From: Chiloscyllium plagiosum
Lineage: Eukaryota
Direction of reading: 5' to 3'
Length of the DNA: 64,000 bases
Assembly: GCF_004010195.1 (NCBI RefSeq)
Contig: NC_057751.1
Location: 14,727,951-14,791,950 of the forward strand
Of the stretch, positions 1 through 13,200 are shown in pieces. The position numbers were made by a program, and so were the translations under genes. The notes beneath the pieces were generated by a model. That model saw only the letters and a list, made by a program, of their open reading frames with translations. It was not told the origin of the DNA and made no database searches. The stretch's first letter is position 1, and every line of letters starts with the position of its first letter.

Positions 1-527
1 GCAACAGTAGAACAATGGGGTGCAGAGGGAAGTGGTACTTGCTGGCTGGTCTCCATGGGGTTCAGACAAAACAACAACACCAAGACCACACAGTGCACAG
101 AGGACAAAACTGACTACTCAATCGATGCACGGTTCTGTCCTGATAATGGTCTCTAAGGCTCAGAGCGGACAGCCTCCCAGTCTTCCAACCACCTCTGGCT
201 CTCAGCAGGGTCACTGTCCACACAGGTCGCTGACCAGGTATCTACATGGGGACACCACGTCCGTGGTCATCATGATCTGAAGCTTCCTGGGTTAGCTCGG
301 AGCTGCCACCTCCTGGTCACAACCGGCTCCTCCCCGATGGCAAACATCAAAGTCCCACCAGCGCCGTGCGAACATTTGTCCTCAGAGAGCCAGGAGTGAA
401 TAAAAACACGACTTGGTACTGTCCTTCCCAAAGAGAGAAAAAAAAATGCAGAATCCTCTGAGATCACCCATTTCCCAGATCCCAAACGTATTCAGAGAGC
501 AGTTTGTTCTCCACGACGGCCCCGTCG

Positions 528-565
528 CGAGAGACAGAGAGAGACACACCGAGAGAGACACACAC

Positions 566-622
<57 letters not shown>

Positions 623-760
623 GAGAGACACACACAGAGAGAGAGACACACACAGAGAGAGAGACACACACAGAGAGAGAGACACACACAGAGAGAGAGA
701 CACACACAGAGAGAGAGACACACACAGAGAGAGACACAGAGAGAGAGAGAGACAGAGAGA
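528..760. repeat. Compound (GA)n(CA)n micro/minisatellite (~18-bp unit) just 3' of the CHMP7 stop
   Basis: Tandem gagagagagacacacaca units. Confidence 0.95.
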
Positions 761-797
761 ATTCGATGATCCTCACCATTCGTCTCAGTGCAGGTGC

Positions 798-856
798 TCA
801 CTGGGCAGGTTCGAGCAAGGCTGATCCTCTTGGAGATGCAGCACTACCTCCCAGAC
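798..856 (-). CDS. CHMP7: CHMP7 last coding exon ([19 protein letters not shown])
   Basis: Pyrimidine-rich acceptor ctctctggttcag|; phase 1 matches exon 9; TGA at 800-798; resembles the GL...SP...LEP C-terminus of mammalian CHMP7. Confidence 0.82.
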
Positions 857-3800
857 CTGAACCAGAGAGACAGAGAGGACGTTCATATACCTTGTAGGTG
901 GTTTCTGTACATCTGCAAACATCAGCAAGAGGGCAAGGGGACACACAGGCAGGCAGGATATCGGGACAGGACTGTATGTGTATGTGTCAGTATGTGAGTT
1001 TGTCAATTTGCTCATCTGTCCACCCATGTATCTGTGTGTGCACCTGAGTGTGTGTAGCATGTACGGTATATGCTTACATCTGCGCGCAAGTGTGTTGTGT
1101 ATACTTGTGCACCTGTAAGTATATATGAATGTGCTCTGCAGGAGAGCGACTGTGAGACTGCGTGCGTGCGTGCGTCTGTGCAAGTGAGTGCGAGAGACAG
1201 ACAGACAGGGGGAGTGCTTTGGGGGGGGTGGAGATGTTGGGGGTTGGGAGAGCGCGCGCGCGCGCGAGAGAGAGAGAGTACGCGTGAGAATCTGTTCACA
1301 TATGATCGAGAGAGAACGTTTTGTCTGCAGCGTGTCAGCATGTTTGTGTGTATGGTTTGTGCACACCATCTCTGCCCAGGGAGCGATGAGCACCTCCCGC
1401 ATCCGTCCCCCACTGTGACAGCTGACTTACCGGAATCAGAAAGGGAGAGCTTACTGAGTGCAGCGTCAAGTTGCCCATCCATCCCCTCAGGCTTGGCTTG
1501 TCCCTGTTTAACAGCAGGGGACATGGGCAGCTCAGGCACATCTGGGAGCAGAAGCGTCTCATCAGCCGCCCTGTCCAGAAGAGCGTTCAACTCAGCTTCC
1601 AGTTCATCAGTATCCACAGCTTCTGGGCACAAGAGACAAAAGCAGCAGTGACACACTGAGCAGGCACAAGGAGGCATTCAGCCCTTTCAGTCTAGACTCA
1701 AACTCGAGAAGTTCATGCTGATCTGATAGGGGGCGTCAACTCCTGGTTACGGTCCCGCCCCTTGTACACTACCTACTCAAATGAAAAATCTAACTCCGTC
1801 TGGGATAAAGACGAAGACCCAGCCGCCACTGCCTGGAGGAGAGAATTTCACCTCAGCAAGTGCAAAACCTGTGCTCACACCACTCTCCTCTCATCCAAGG
1901 CCCCCAAGGGATCCTTCCACATCAGTCAGAAATTTACCTGTCCCTCTACCAACGTCATCTACTGCATCCGTCGCACCCAGTGTGGTCCCCTCCACAGTGG
2001 AGAGACAGGACGCCTTCTTGTGGATCGTTTCAGAGAACATCTCCGGGACACCCGCACCCACCAACCCCTCCGCCCCGTGGCTGAACACTTCAACTCCCCC
2101 CTCCCACTCTGTCAAGGACATGCAGGTCCTGGGCCTCCTCCACCGCCAAACCCGAACCACCCAACGCCTGGACGAGGAACACTTTTGGACCCTGCAACCA
2201 AACGGGATAAATGTGGATTTCAACAGCTTCCTCATTTCCCCTCCCCACTCCCCCCGCCACATTATCCTCGTCCCAAGCCTCCAACTCAGCACCGCCCTCC
2301 AGACCTGTCCATCACTCCCCCTCTCCGACCTATCACCTTCGTCCACCTATCACTTTCTCAGCTCTGTCCCATTTATCTCAGCACCCCTGGCCCAAGATTC
2401 CTGATGAAGGGCTTCTGCCCGAAACGTCGATTCTCCTGCTCCTCAGATGCTGCCTGACCTGCTGTGCTTTCCCAGCAACACACCCGCAACTCTGATCTCC
2501 AGCATCTGCAGTCCTCACTTTCTCCCGGAGGGAATTTCAACAACAATTTATGTGTCCCCCTGTTCTTAGTATGTGTCTCCTGTTAAACATGGCACCCCCC
2601 CCCTTCCCATCAGCACAGGATATGTTAGAGTACCATCATCTCTCAGTCTTTCAAACGCGACAGGATGCAGACACACTCTGTCCAACTTTCTGTTCATTCC
2701 CAGAACGACTCAAGTGAACATCTAGAGAACGGTTTCTCGTGCAATTATGTCCAATTAATTGCGCAATTAATACCACACCCAGTACGGCAGATGTTGAAGT
2801 TGTACAGGACATTGGTGAGGCGAGGAAGGATGTTATTAAACTTGAGAGGGTTCAGAAGAGATTTACCAGAATGTTGCTGGGAATGGAGGGTTTGGATTCT
2901 GAGGTGGTGCTGGGCTTTTCTTCACTGGAGACCCAGTACGGCAGATGTTGAAGTTGTACAGGACATTGGTGAGGCGAGGAAGGATGTTATTAAACTTGAG
3001 AGGGTTCAGAAGAGATTTACCAGGATGTTGCTGGGAATGGAGGGTCTGGGTTCTGAGGTGGTGCTGGGCCTTTCTTCACTGGAGTGGAGGAGGTTGAGGG
3101 GTGACCCTATAGAGGTTTACAACGACGAGGGGTAGAGATAAAATGAATGGTAGGTGTCTTTTCCAGAGTGTGGGGGATTTTAAGACTCGGGGACATATTT
3201 TTGAGGTGAGAGGACAGTTTTTAAAAAGATTGAGGAGCTTTTTTTTAAAAAACATAGTGGTTCATATGTGGAGTGAACTTCCTGAGGAAGTGGTGGATGT
3301 GGGTGCAGTGTTATGAAGTTAAAGGCATGTACTGCACCTTTAAGAGAGAGTGAATGCTGTTTTGAACTGAGACCTTACAAGCACCTGTGTGATATGACTA
3401 ATGGCAGCCCCAGAGAATACTGGAAAATTGAAAATATGGGACATTTGGCTGTGAAATGGATACCTGAGTTGGTTGCTGTTTTGACGACAATTCAAATTTA
3501 ACCAGTTTAAATTATGCCCAGCATACTAAAACCCAGTCGAGTTTGAATTTATTGTTTTGCTAACATCGAACGAATGAAATGATCCGATTTGGGAATAGAA
3601 AAATGCAGGCATTTTGAGAATCAGACGGAGCAACTGCCATCAACACAGAGCCAAGAAATTAGGTAGCACTATCAAAGGTACTTTTTCATTTGAAACATAT
3701 CCACAGTAAAACGAAAGATGACGACCTAAGATGATCTTCAGCTGAAAGAAGACAGACACCAAAGATGACAGTGGCCATGTGGTTTTGAAATGAAGCTGAT

Positions 3801-6800
3801 ATAATGTTAATAAGTGTTTTACTGGAACAGCACATTGTTCGAGAGTTGGAGGCAGATAGTAAGCAGTTAAGAGAAAGTGGATGCTTAGAGTTGTGAGTAG
3901 TTTTTGTTTGATGTTCACTTATAGAGTGAAAGAATAATTAAGTATTATTTTCTTGAAATAGTGGCATTTGGGAGTTCTCGGGCACTCATTTTAACAGATA
4001 ACGAAGCGAGGTGAAGTTTACTGGGTGTTTGGTTTAATTCAAAGAAAATTTCACCGCCATGTCGTGATAATAGTTACAACATATAAAAGACATTTAGATA
4101 AGTCTATGAACAGGAAAGGTGTGGAGGGATATGAGCCAGGAGCAGGAAGGTGGGACTAGTTTAGTTTGGGATTCTAGTTTGGTTGGGCTGAAGGGTCTGT
4201 TTTCCATGCTCGATGACTCTGATCTGACAATGTCCCGTCCAGCTGCAGTAAAACCTTGTGACCTCTGTGCTCCATTCCCATTTCTCTTTGCAATCACTTG
4301 CTGCAGCTGCAGACAAACTTGCGTTTCCTGTAGCAGGGCATCTGTATCCCTCTGTCGTGCACTGTTGTGCAGCCTCTCACCATTCAATACCAAATCGCTT
4401 TTCAATTCCTCCTCAGGAATTGCCGAGCAACACTTCCCCACATTATCCTGCCACTCACTTCAATAGACCCTCTGCCTCCTCTTCACGGCTCATTTTCCTG
4501 TGTGTGTTTTGGGAGTCATTGGCAACTCTCACTCTTACCCATCTCGTCCTTTCATCCAAGGCAGTGAGACAGATTGTAAATACAGGCTGGAGTTAATACT
4601 TACTCTCCTGAGCTCCGAATCCTGGACGGTTCAAGACCAAAGCCCCTAACAATTTGTCTGACTGCACTACCAAGGAACAAATGAAACATGAGCCCACTCC
4701 CCCTTTCACACCAACTCTGCCTGATCCCATTATGATTTTGCGCACATCGTTCCGTTAACGATGGGGTCTTGTCTCTGCTATGGAGGAGACCACAATGGTG
4801 GATCTATTGAACTCAGACAGCCAATGGCTGCTTTTGTTGTCGGACATCTTTGGTGAAACGTGTTAGAAAAAAAAACAAACAAACAAAGCAGGAACATTCC
4901 CAATCCTAAGGTGGGAATGTGTCCTCAACGTTGGACGAACGCGGGATTAAAGACCAGCTACGCAAGTGCCAACTCCCCCTGGGACAAGGCAAACCAGGGT
5001 GCTCAGTAACATCAGGGTGTGGGGAGTTACAGTCTCCTGTTCAGGGCAGATGGGGAGAACGGCGTATCAGAGACATCACGATCTCACACAATCGGTGTGC
5101 AGTCTTGTCGGAGTCGCTCAATTCCCAAAGGATTAGGTGGAAAAGCACGGAGTGAAAAAAAAAATCAGTCGCCAAGACAGACACAAAGCTTCCATAATAA
5201 CACAGCAGACAGCCCCACAACTCACCTGCAACATCCAGGTTTTCACCAGCAAGGGTCTGGGTGATGTCATCCTGCATATTGCAGAACTGAGGAAGAGGGA
5301 GAGGGAGAGAGAGAGAGAGAAAGGTTAAATGCCATCAACTCAGACCACTAAGAGATCCAGTCTGATCCCTCGCGACCCGACCAATGACACGGGGCGGGAC
5401 TCTGCGTGGCCGACCAATCAGACAATGGGCCCCATTGCGCCCCCCCCCTCCCCTCCCCCTCTCAGTGCACTCAGGGCTGAGCCTGGTTTCCCAGCCTTTG
5501 AGGACTCAGTGGCTGAGACACTGACAGCACCCTGGGATTTCCACCTTCCAGCTGCTGATCCACTCGGAGCTCCTCTCACCGCTGGGCGTCCCTTCCCCAA
5601 TGTTGACCAACCGTGAATCTGCCTTTCTCCAGATCCCTGCAGCGACAGAGGATCAGAGTCCACCGTGAGCAGCACTGGGACTGAGGCCTTCCTTCGCCAT
5701 CATTGTCCCATTTTGTGACTCCCTGCTGCTCGCACCCCCCCCCCCCCACCAATCAATCCAGCCCCTGGGGTCTGGGAGCCTGACCTGTTCAATCTGATCC
5801 ATCAGCTTCTCCACCTTCATCACACTCACATCCTTCATGGACTCTCTCAAAGCTCCAAGCCCAGCCTGATAGGCCTCCACAACCTGCCAGCAAAAAGACT
5901 AGAGCTACGTAAATGCAATCTGGCTGGGGGGGGGGGGGGGGGGGGGGGAGGAAAGAGGGTGCATAGCCCCGGCCGGACTGACTGAAGGACAGACAGCAGA
6001 TCGGGCAGCATCCGAGGAGCAGGAGAATCAGCGTTTCGGGCCCGTCGTCATTCCTGATGAAGGGCTCCGGCCCGAAACGTCGATTCCCCTGCCCCTCAGA
6101 TGCTGCCTGACCTGCCGCGCTTTTCCCAGCAGCGCACTCTCGGACTCTGATCTCCAACATCTGCAGTCCTCGCGTTCTCCTTACTGAAGGACAGGCAGCA
6201 CCACGTGACTGCCTCTTCACAGAGCGGGATGATTCACGTCGCACAATCCATCACAGCAAGCTCAAACCAGGGAGGGAGAAGGGAGGGGGGGGAAAAAGGG
6301 AGAGAGAGAGAGAGAGAGAGAGCGAGACTGAGAGACAATGAGAGAATGGACGGCCAGAGTTAAGGAGGACAGAAGCTCTCCCATACCGTTTTGTCTGTTT
6401 GGGAGGAGTAAATCCGATCGAGGATGACCTGAATGGTATTGAGTTTGGCTTCGATATTCTCCAGCCGTTTCTCTGTTCTCCTTTTCACTCGAAGACACTT
6501 GAGGGCCTGTATCAGAAACAGGGGGGGGGGGGAAACAGTTATCTCCGTACCCTCCGACAGGGACCAGCTCCCCTGAACACCGGAAGGACCCAGCCTGAGG
6601 TGCGAGGGGACTGCATTAACGCACAGCAAGATCCCAGGCCGGCACGCAGCAAAAACGCTCTGTGCAATGGGCGACTGGTGAACCAATCTTTTCCAGGGGA
6701 CCCTGGGATGCCAACAGCACAGCAACAAGGTCAGCAGCTTCAATCCACAGGAGGGAGACACCGAGCGAAACCCAAATGGAATATTCGTCACTCACCAAGT

Positions 6801-9800
6801 GCTTTTTGTCGGCTTTGAGGTGGCTTCTTGCATCCTCGTTGGATCTAGGAACGGAGAGAGTTGTTTGAGTGAATGTCCCTTCCCCGCCCCTTGACGCATC
6901 TCACTCACCTCCCCACCCCCAAGGCCGGAGACTCCACCCCCAGCTCTTCCAGGATGATGGAATTCCAGATGTTCTCAGCAAAAGGGATCCCACCTCAGTC
7001 TCAAACTGCTCGTGTTGTCTGTGACCGTGGCTCCAAGGCTTTGAGAACTGCCAACTCAGAGCCTTTTGCAACCAACGTGGTGGCTCAGTGGTAAGCATCT
7101 CTGCCTCACAGCACCAGGGACCCAGGTTCAATTCCACCCTCAGCCAACTCTGCGGAGACTGCACATTCTCCCCGGTGTCTGCCTGGGTTTCCTCCGGGTG
7201 CTCCGGTTTCCTCCCACAGTCCAAGGATGTGCAGGTTCGGTGGACTGGCCACGCTAAATTGCCCACAGTGTAGAGAGACAGACAGGTTAGGTAGAAAATG
7301 CAGGGTCACAGGAATTGGGTGGGATGCTGTTCAGAGGGTCGCTGTGGACCCGATGGGCCGAATGGCCTGCTTCCATGCTGTAGGGGTTCGACATAAAGAC
7401 AAACCTAACTCCCTTCAGTCTCCAACTTCGTCTGGCATTTGGTTAGGTCTAGGTTTAACACATCCACGAGTTCCCCCTTATCCACCCTGCTCGATGCAAA
7501 TACCAAATCAAGTGTGAACATCCACTTCTGTGCACAGTGAGAAACAGCTCCCCCAGAGCTCCAAGCGAGACAGTAAACGGACGTGGGTAGGTTAAACACA
7601 GATTGAGCCACGCAAATTCAGCTTTTGTTTCATGTCAGATGCTCACGGTGGATGAAGTCAAATTTCCGACTGCTCCAGTGAGCTCTCACTTACCTTTCGA
7701 CCTCCTGCGACAGGGTGTCCACTTTCTGCGATAACATTTTCTCACACTTAACGAGCTGGTACACGCCGACATCGATCTCAGTCACTGCGGCAGCACTGTT
7801 TGCCGGGGAGGGGCTGAACTTGACGACCTGTAACGACAGGTTCAGAGCGAGCAGTCAGTCTGCAACACAGTCCCGCAGGTTCACATGGACAAGGCTGCTC
7901 TGTTCAACAGTCACCCGGGTGAGGTGGGAAAAGGGGAGAGACACTGGGAATGGTGCTCAGAACACGTACAACATCACAGGAAAACTGACAGCGATTAATG
8001 CGACAGTATGAAGGGAGCTTCACCCTGAATCTAACCCCGTGCTGTTCCTGTCCTGGGAGTGTTTGATGGGGGGACAGTGCAGAGGGAGCTTTACTCTGTA
8101 TCTAACCCTGTGCTGTCCCTGTCCTGGGAGTGTTTGATGGGGGACAGTACAGAGAAAGCTTTACTCTGTATCTAACCCTGTGCTGTCCCTGTCCTGGGAG
8201 TGTTTGATGGGGGGGACAGTGTAGAGGGAGCTTTACTCTGTATCTCACCCTGTGCTGTCCCTGCGGCAGCACTGTTTGCCGGGGAGGGGCTGAACTTGAC
8301 GACCTGTAACGACAGGTTCAGAGCGAGCAGTCAGTGTTTGATGGGGGGACAGTGTAGAGGGAGCTTTACTCTGTATCTCACCCCGTGCTGTCCCTGACCT
8401 GGAAGTGTTTGATGGGAAACAGTGTAGAGGGAGCTTGACTCTGTATCTAACCCTGTGCTGTCTCTGTCCGGGGAATATATTCATGAACACTACTATCCCA
8501 ATGACGATACAAGTATTTGAAGTGGCGTATTTTGTCCTGGTGTTGTTTTTGAAATGAAGAGAGATTCAGCCAGAGGAGACAAGCAGTCTGCTCCGAGCTA
8601 ATTACCTAAACAGCTTGGGGAGCTCGTAGGTTTATTTTTTTAAAAATGTTCAAACGATAGAAGCAGCCTGGATGGGTGGGCTCAACCTCCCACTGATCCA
8701 GGATTCCAGTTTAACTTTCGGTAGTTGCTAGGGTTTGGAAGCTGCTATCCATCTCTCCCTATTACAGGAAGTTTGAGTTCTCTCTCGGAGTTTTTTTCTT
8801 CACATTCCTTCCTCTTGGACAGGAGAACCGCACGCCAGACAATCAATTTTAGTGAATTTGCCTTTGCCAAGGGTGTATTTATCGGATGTTACTATCTTGG
8901 AACAGCTAATCAGTGGTAGTTAACACATATACTATCTTAAGTTAGCGAGTTCTGAGAAGATTTGTAGCTCAGGTTGAGGTTCTGGATGTCGGTTTGCTCG
9001 CTGAGCTGGTAAGTTCACTTTCAGACGTTTCATCACCATGCTCAGTAACATCCTCCAGATGAAGTACTGGCGGTGTAGCCTGCTTTCTATTTATGTTTGG
9101 GTTTCCTTGGGTGGGTGATGTCATTTCATGTGGTGACACCATTTCCTGTTTTTTCTCAGGGGGTGGGAAATGGGATCCAAGTCACTGTGTTTGTTGACAG
9201 AGTTCCGGTTGGAATGCCATGCTTCTAGGAATTGTCGTGTGTGTCTCTGTTTGGCCTGTCCTAGGGCGGATGTGTTGTCCCAGTCGAAGTGGTGACCTTC
9301 CTCATCCGTATGTAAGGATACTAGTGAGAGGAAATGATATCACCAACCCAAGGAAACCCAAACATATAAAAAGAGAAAGTGGGCTACACCAGCACTACTT
9401 CATCCAGAGACTCACTGAAGATGTTAGCTAGTATGGTGATGAAACATCTGAAAGTGAACCTTCAGCTCAGCGAGCAAACCTAAATCCAGAACTATCTACA
9501 GCAGGAATGCAGCAAGCTGGTACGGTTTAGAGGTATACACTCAGACATACATATCAAGTTGAAGGTGTACCTGTAACAGAGAGTGAATGCTTTTCTGAAC
9601 GGAGAGCTTACAAGTGTACTGGAAAATTGAAAATATGTAACATTTGGCTGCGAAATGTTTACCTGAGTTTTGCTTGCTGTTTTGACAACTTGAATTTAAC
9701 CAACCAGTTTAAATTATGCCCCGGGATGCTAAAACCCAATCGAGTTTGAATATATTTGTTTTGCTAACATCAAACCAATGAAACGATCTGATGTTGGGGA

Positions 9801-10253
9801 CATAAACAAGGCAGGCATTTTGAAAATTAGAGCCAGAGCAACTGCTATCAACACGGATCCAAGAAATTAGGAAACACTCTCTATCTAAGGTACCCTTTCA
9901 CGTGAAACATATCCACAGTAAAAAGAAAGATGACGACCCAGGGAGATCCTCAGCCGGAAGAGGGAAGACACGGAAGACGACAGCGATTGTGCTGTTTTGA
10001 AATTAAGTCAGATGTAATTTTAATAAGTGTTTTACTGGAACAGCATATTGTTACAGAGTTGGAGGCAGGTCTGAAGCAGTTAAGAGAAAGGGGGGGCTTA
10101 GAATTGTTAATAGTTGTTTAATGTTCACTTTTAAGAGTTAACAAATATTTTCTTTCTTTTCTTTAAATCGTGGAATTTGGGAGTTCTCTGGTCACTCATA
10201 TTTTAACAGATTAGGAGGCAAGATGAGCGTTTCTGGGTGTTAGCAGAGGGGAC

Positions 10254-10291
<38 letters not shown>

Positions 10292-13200
10292 ATTAAGGCG
10301 GCTCACAGAGCAACACAGAGAGCTGTCGACCAGTGTACAGAAAGAGGATGTTGGGGATAGTGTATTTGACAGATTGAAAATTGGTTAGCGGATCAGGAAC
10401 AAACAGGTCTTTCTCTGCACAAAAGGCAGTAACAAGTGGGGTTCCCACAGCGATCAGGACTAGGAACCCAGTTGATCACAATATATATTAATTATTTAGA
10501 CCAGGGAACAAAAGGTCAGCTCTCAAAATTGGCAGATAAAAATATAACACAATCCCTACAGTGTGGAAACCGGCCCTTCGGCCCAACCGACCCTTTGAAG
10601 AGGATCCCACCAAGACCCATTCCCCTACCCTATATCACTTCCCCTCTGACTGGTGCACCTAACCCACACATCCCTAAACACTATGGGCAGGTGAGCCTGG
10701 CCAATTCACCCTGACCTGCACATCTTTGGATTGTGGGAGGAAATCGGAGCGCAGACATGGGGAGAACGTGCAAACTCCACACGCAGACAGTCGCCCGAGG
10801 CGGGAATTGAACCGAGGTCTCTAGTGCTGTGAGGCAGCAGTGCTAACCACTGAGCCACCGTGCCACCCTGATGCAAAGCTGGTTGGGGTGGGGGGTGAAC
10901 TGTGACGAGGATTCAGAAACGGCGCTGTGTGGTTTGGACAGGCTCAATAGTGGGCAAATGCATGGCAGATGCAGTTTAACGTGGATCAATGAGAGGTTGT
11001 CTTCTTTGGTAGCAGGAACAAAGGCAGATAATGACCTGAATGGTGATGAAGTGGGGAAAAAGGAGGTGCAATGAGACCTGGGCGGCCCTCCGCCCCCACT
11101 GGCTGGGAGTCAGCCTTGCAGGAGTGGTGGGCTCTCCAATGAGACGATCTGATGTTGGGGACATAAACAAGGCAGGCATTTTGAAAATTAGAGCCAGAGC
11201 AACTGCTATCAACACGGATCCAAGAAATTAGGAAACACTCTCTATCTAAGGTACCCTTTCACGTGAAACATATCCACAGTAAAAAGAAAGATGACGACCC
11301 AGGGAGATCCTCAGCCGGAAGAGGGAAGACACGGAAGACGACAGCGATTGTGCTGTTTTGAAATTAAGTCAGATGTAATTTTAATAAGTGTTTTACTGGA
11401 ACAGCATATTGTTACAGAGTTGGAGGCAGGTCTGAAGCAGTTAAGAGAAAGGGGGGGCTTAGAATTGTAAATAGTTGTTTAATGTTCACTTTTAAGAGTT
11501 AACAAATATTTTCTTTATTTTCTTTAAATCGTGGAATTTGGGAGTTCTCTGGTCACTTATATTTTAACAGATTAGGAGGCAAGATGAGCGTTTCTGGGTG
11601 TTAGCAGAGGACACACACACACACTAAGGCGGCTCAGAGAGCAACACAGAGAGCTGTCGACCAGTGTACAGAAAGAGGATGTTGGGGATAGTGTATTTGA
11701 CAGATTGAAAATTGGTTAGTGGATCAGGAACAAACAGGTCTTTTCTCTGCACAAAAGGCAGTAACAAGTGGGGTTCCCACAGCGATCAGTACAAGGAGCC
11801 CAGTTGATCACAATATATATTAATTATTTAGACCAGGGAACAAAAGGTCAGCTCTCAAAATTGACAGATAAAAATATAACACAATCCCTACAGTGTGGAA
11901 ACCGGCCCTTCGGCCCAACCGACCCTTTGAAGAGGAACCCACCAAGACCCATTCCCCTACCCTATATCACTTCCCCTCTGACTGGAGCACCTAACCCACA
12001 CATCCCCAAACACTATGGGCGAGTGAGCCTGGCCAATTCACCCTAACCTGCACATCTTTGGATTGTGGGAGGAAATCGGAGCGCAGACACGGGGAAAACG
12101 TGCAAACTCCACACGCAGACAGTCGCCCGAGGCGGGAATTGAACCAAGGTCTCTAGTGCTGTGAGGCAGCAGTGCTAACCACTGAGCCACCGTGCCACCC
12201 TGATGCAAAGCTGGTCGGGGTGGGGGGTGAACTGTGACGAGGATTCAGAAACGGCGCTGCGCGGTTTGGACAGGCTCAATAGAGTGGGCAAATGCATGGC
12301 AGATGCAGTTTAACGTGGACCAATGAGAGGTTGTCTTCTTTGGTAGCAGGAACAAAGGCAGAGGATGACCTGAATGGTGATGAAGTGGGGAAACAGGAGG
12401 TGCAATGAGACCTGGGCGGCCCTCCGCCCCCACTGGCTGAGAGTCAGCCTTGCAGGAGTGGTGGGCTCTCCGTGGTGAGGGGATTGAAGGACAGGAGCAG
12501 GGATGCACAGGGCGAGACCAGACCCTGGGCTATTGTGTGCGCGCGTGCGGCTTGGGGGTCTCCTTATCTGAAAAAGGATGTCCTTGCTAACACAGTGGGT
12601 GCAACACAAGTTGACCAGATTAATTCCTGGCAGGGGGAAGACCAGCATGTGAGGAGAGATCGAGTGGGTTAGGATGCAATTCACTGGAGGTTTCAAGACT
12701 GGGGCGAGGGAAATCTCATCGAAAACCAGAAAATCCGCAAAGGACAAGACAGGCGAGCTGTCGGAACAACGTTCCTGATGGTGGGGCAGTCCAGAGCCAG
12801 GGGTCACAGTTTAACGATAAGGAATAAACCTTTTTCCAGACTGAGGGGGGGAGAAATGTCTTCACCCAGAGAGTGGGGAGTCTGTGGAATCCCCTGCCGC
12901 ACAAGAAATGGCGGAGGCCAAAACATCCGAGGAGGGAAGTCGATGTCGCTCTGTGGCCGCAACAAGAAGCCGCTGGGGAAACTGAGCAGGTCTGGCAGCA
13001 GCTGTGGGGTCGATGGACTGGACAGGTCAACTCTGCCCTCTCCTCACAAACGCAGAGTTCCTTCAGCAAAGAGTCTGTTCGGGTTTCAGAGATACAGCAC
13101 CCGCAGTTCTGTGGTTTATTGTCAATCTAGCTCGGGTGGCTGAAGGGAACCAGACACGTGGTTCTGGGGTGTGGTTGGGGGGGGGGGCGGCGTGGTGAGG

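Noticed and set aside
382..824. ORFs of RE/HT or SL/CV repeats (also 29713-30340 and 31426-32109)
   Set aside because: Translations of stop-free microsatellites.
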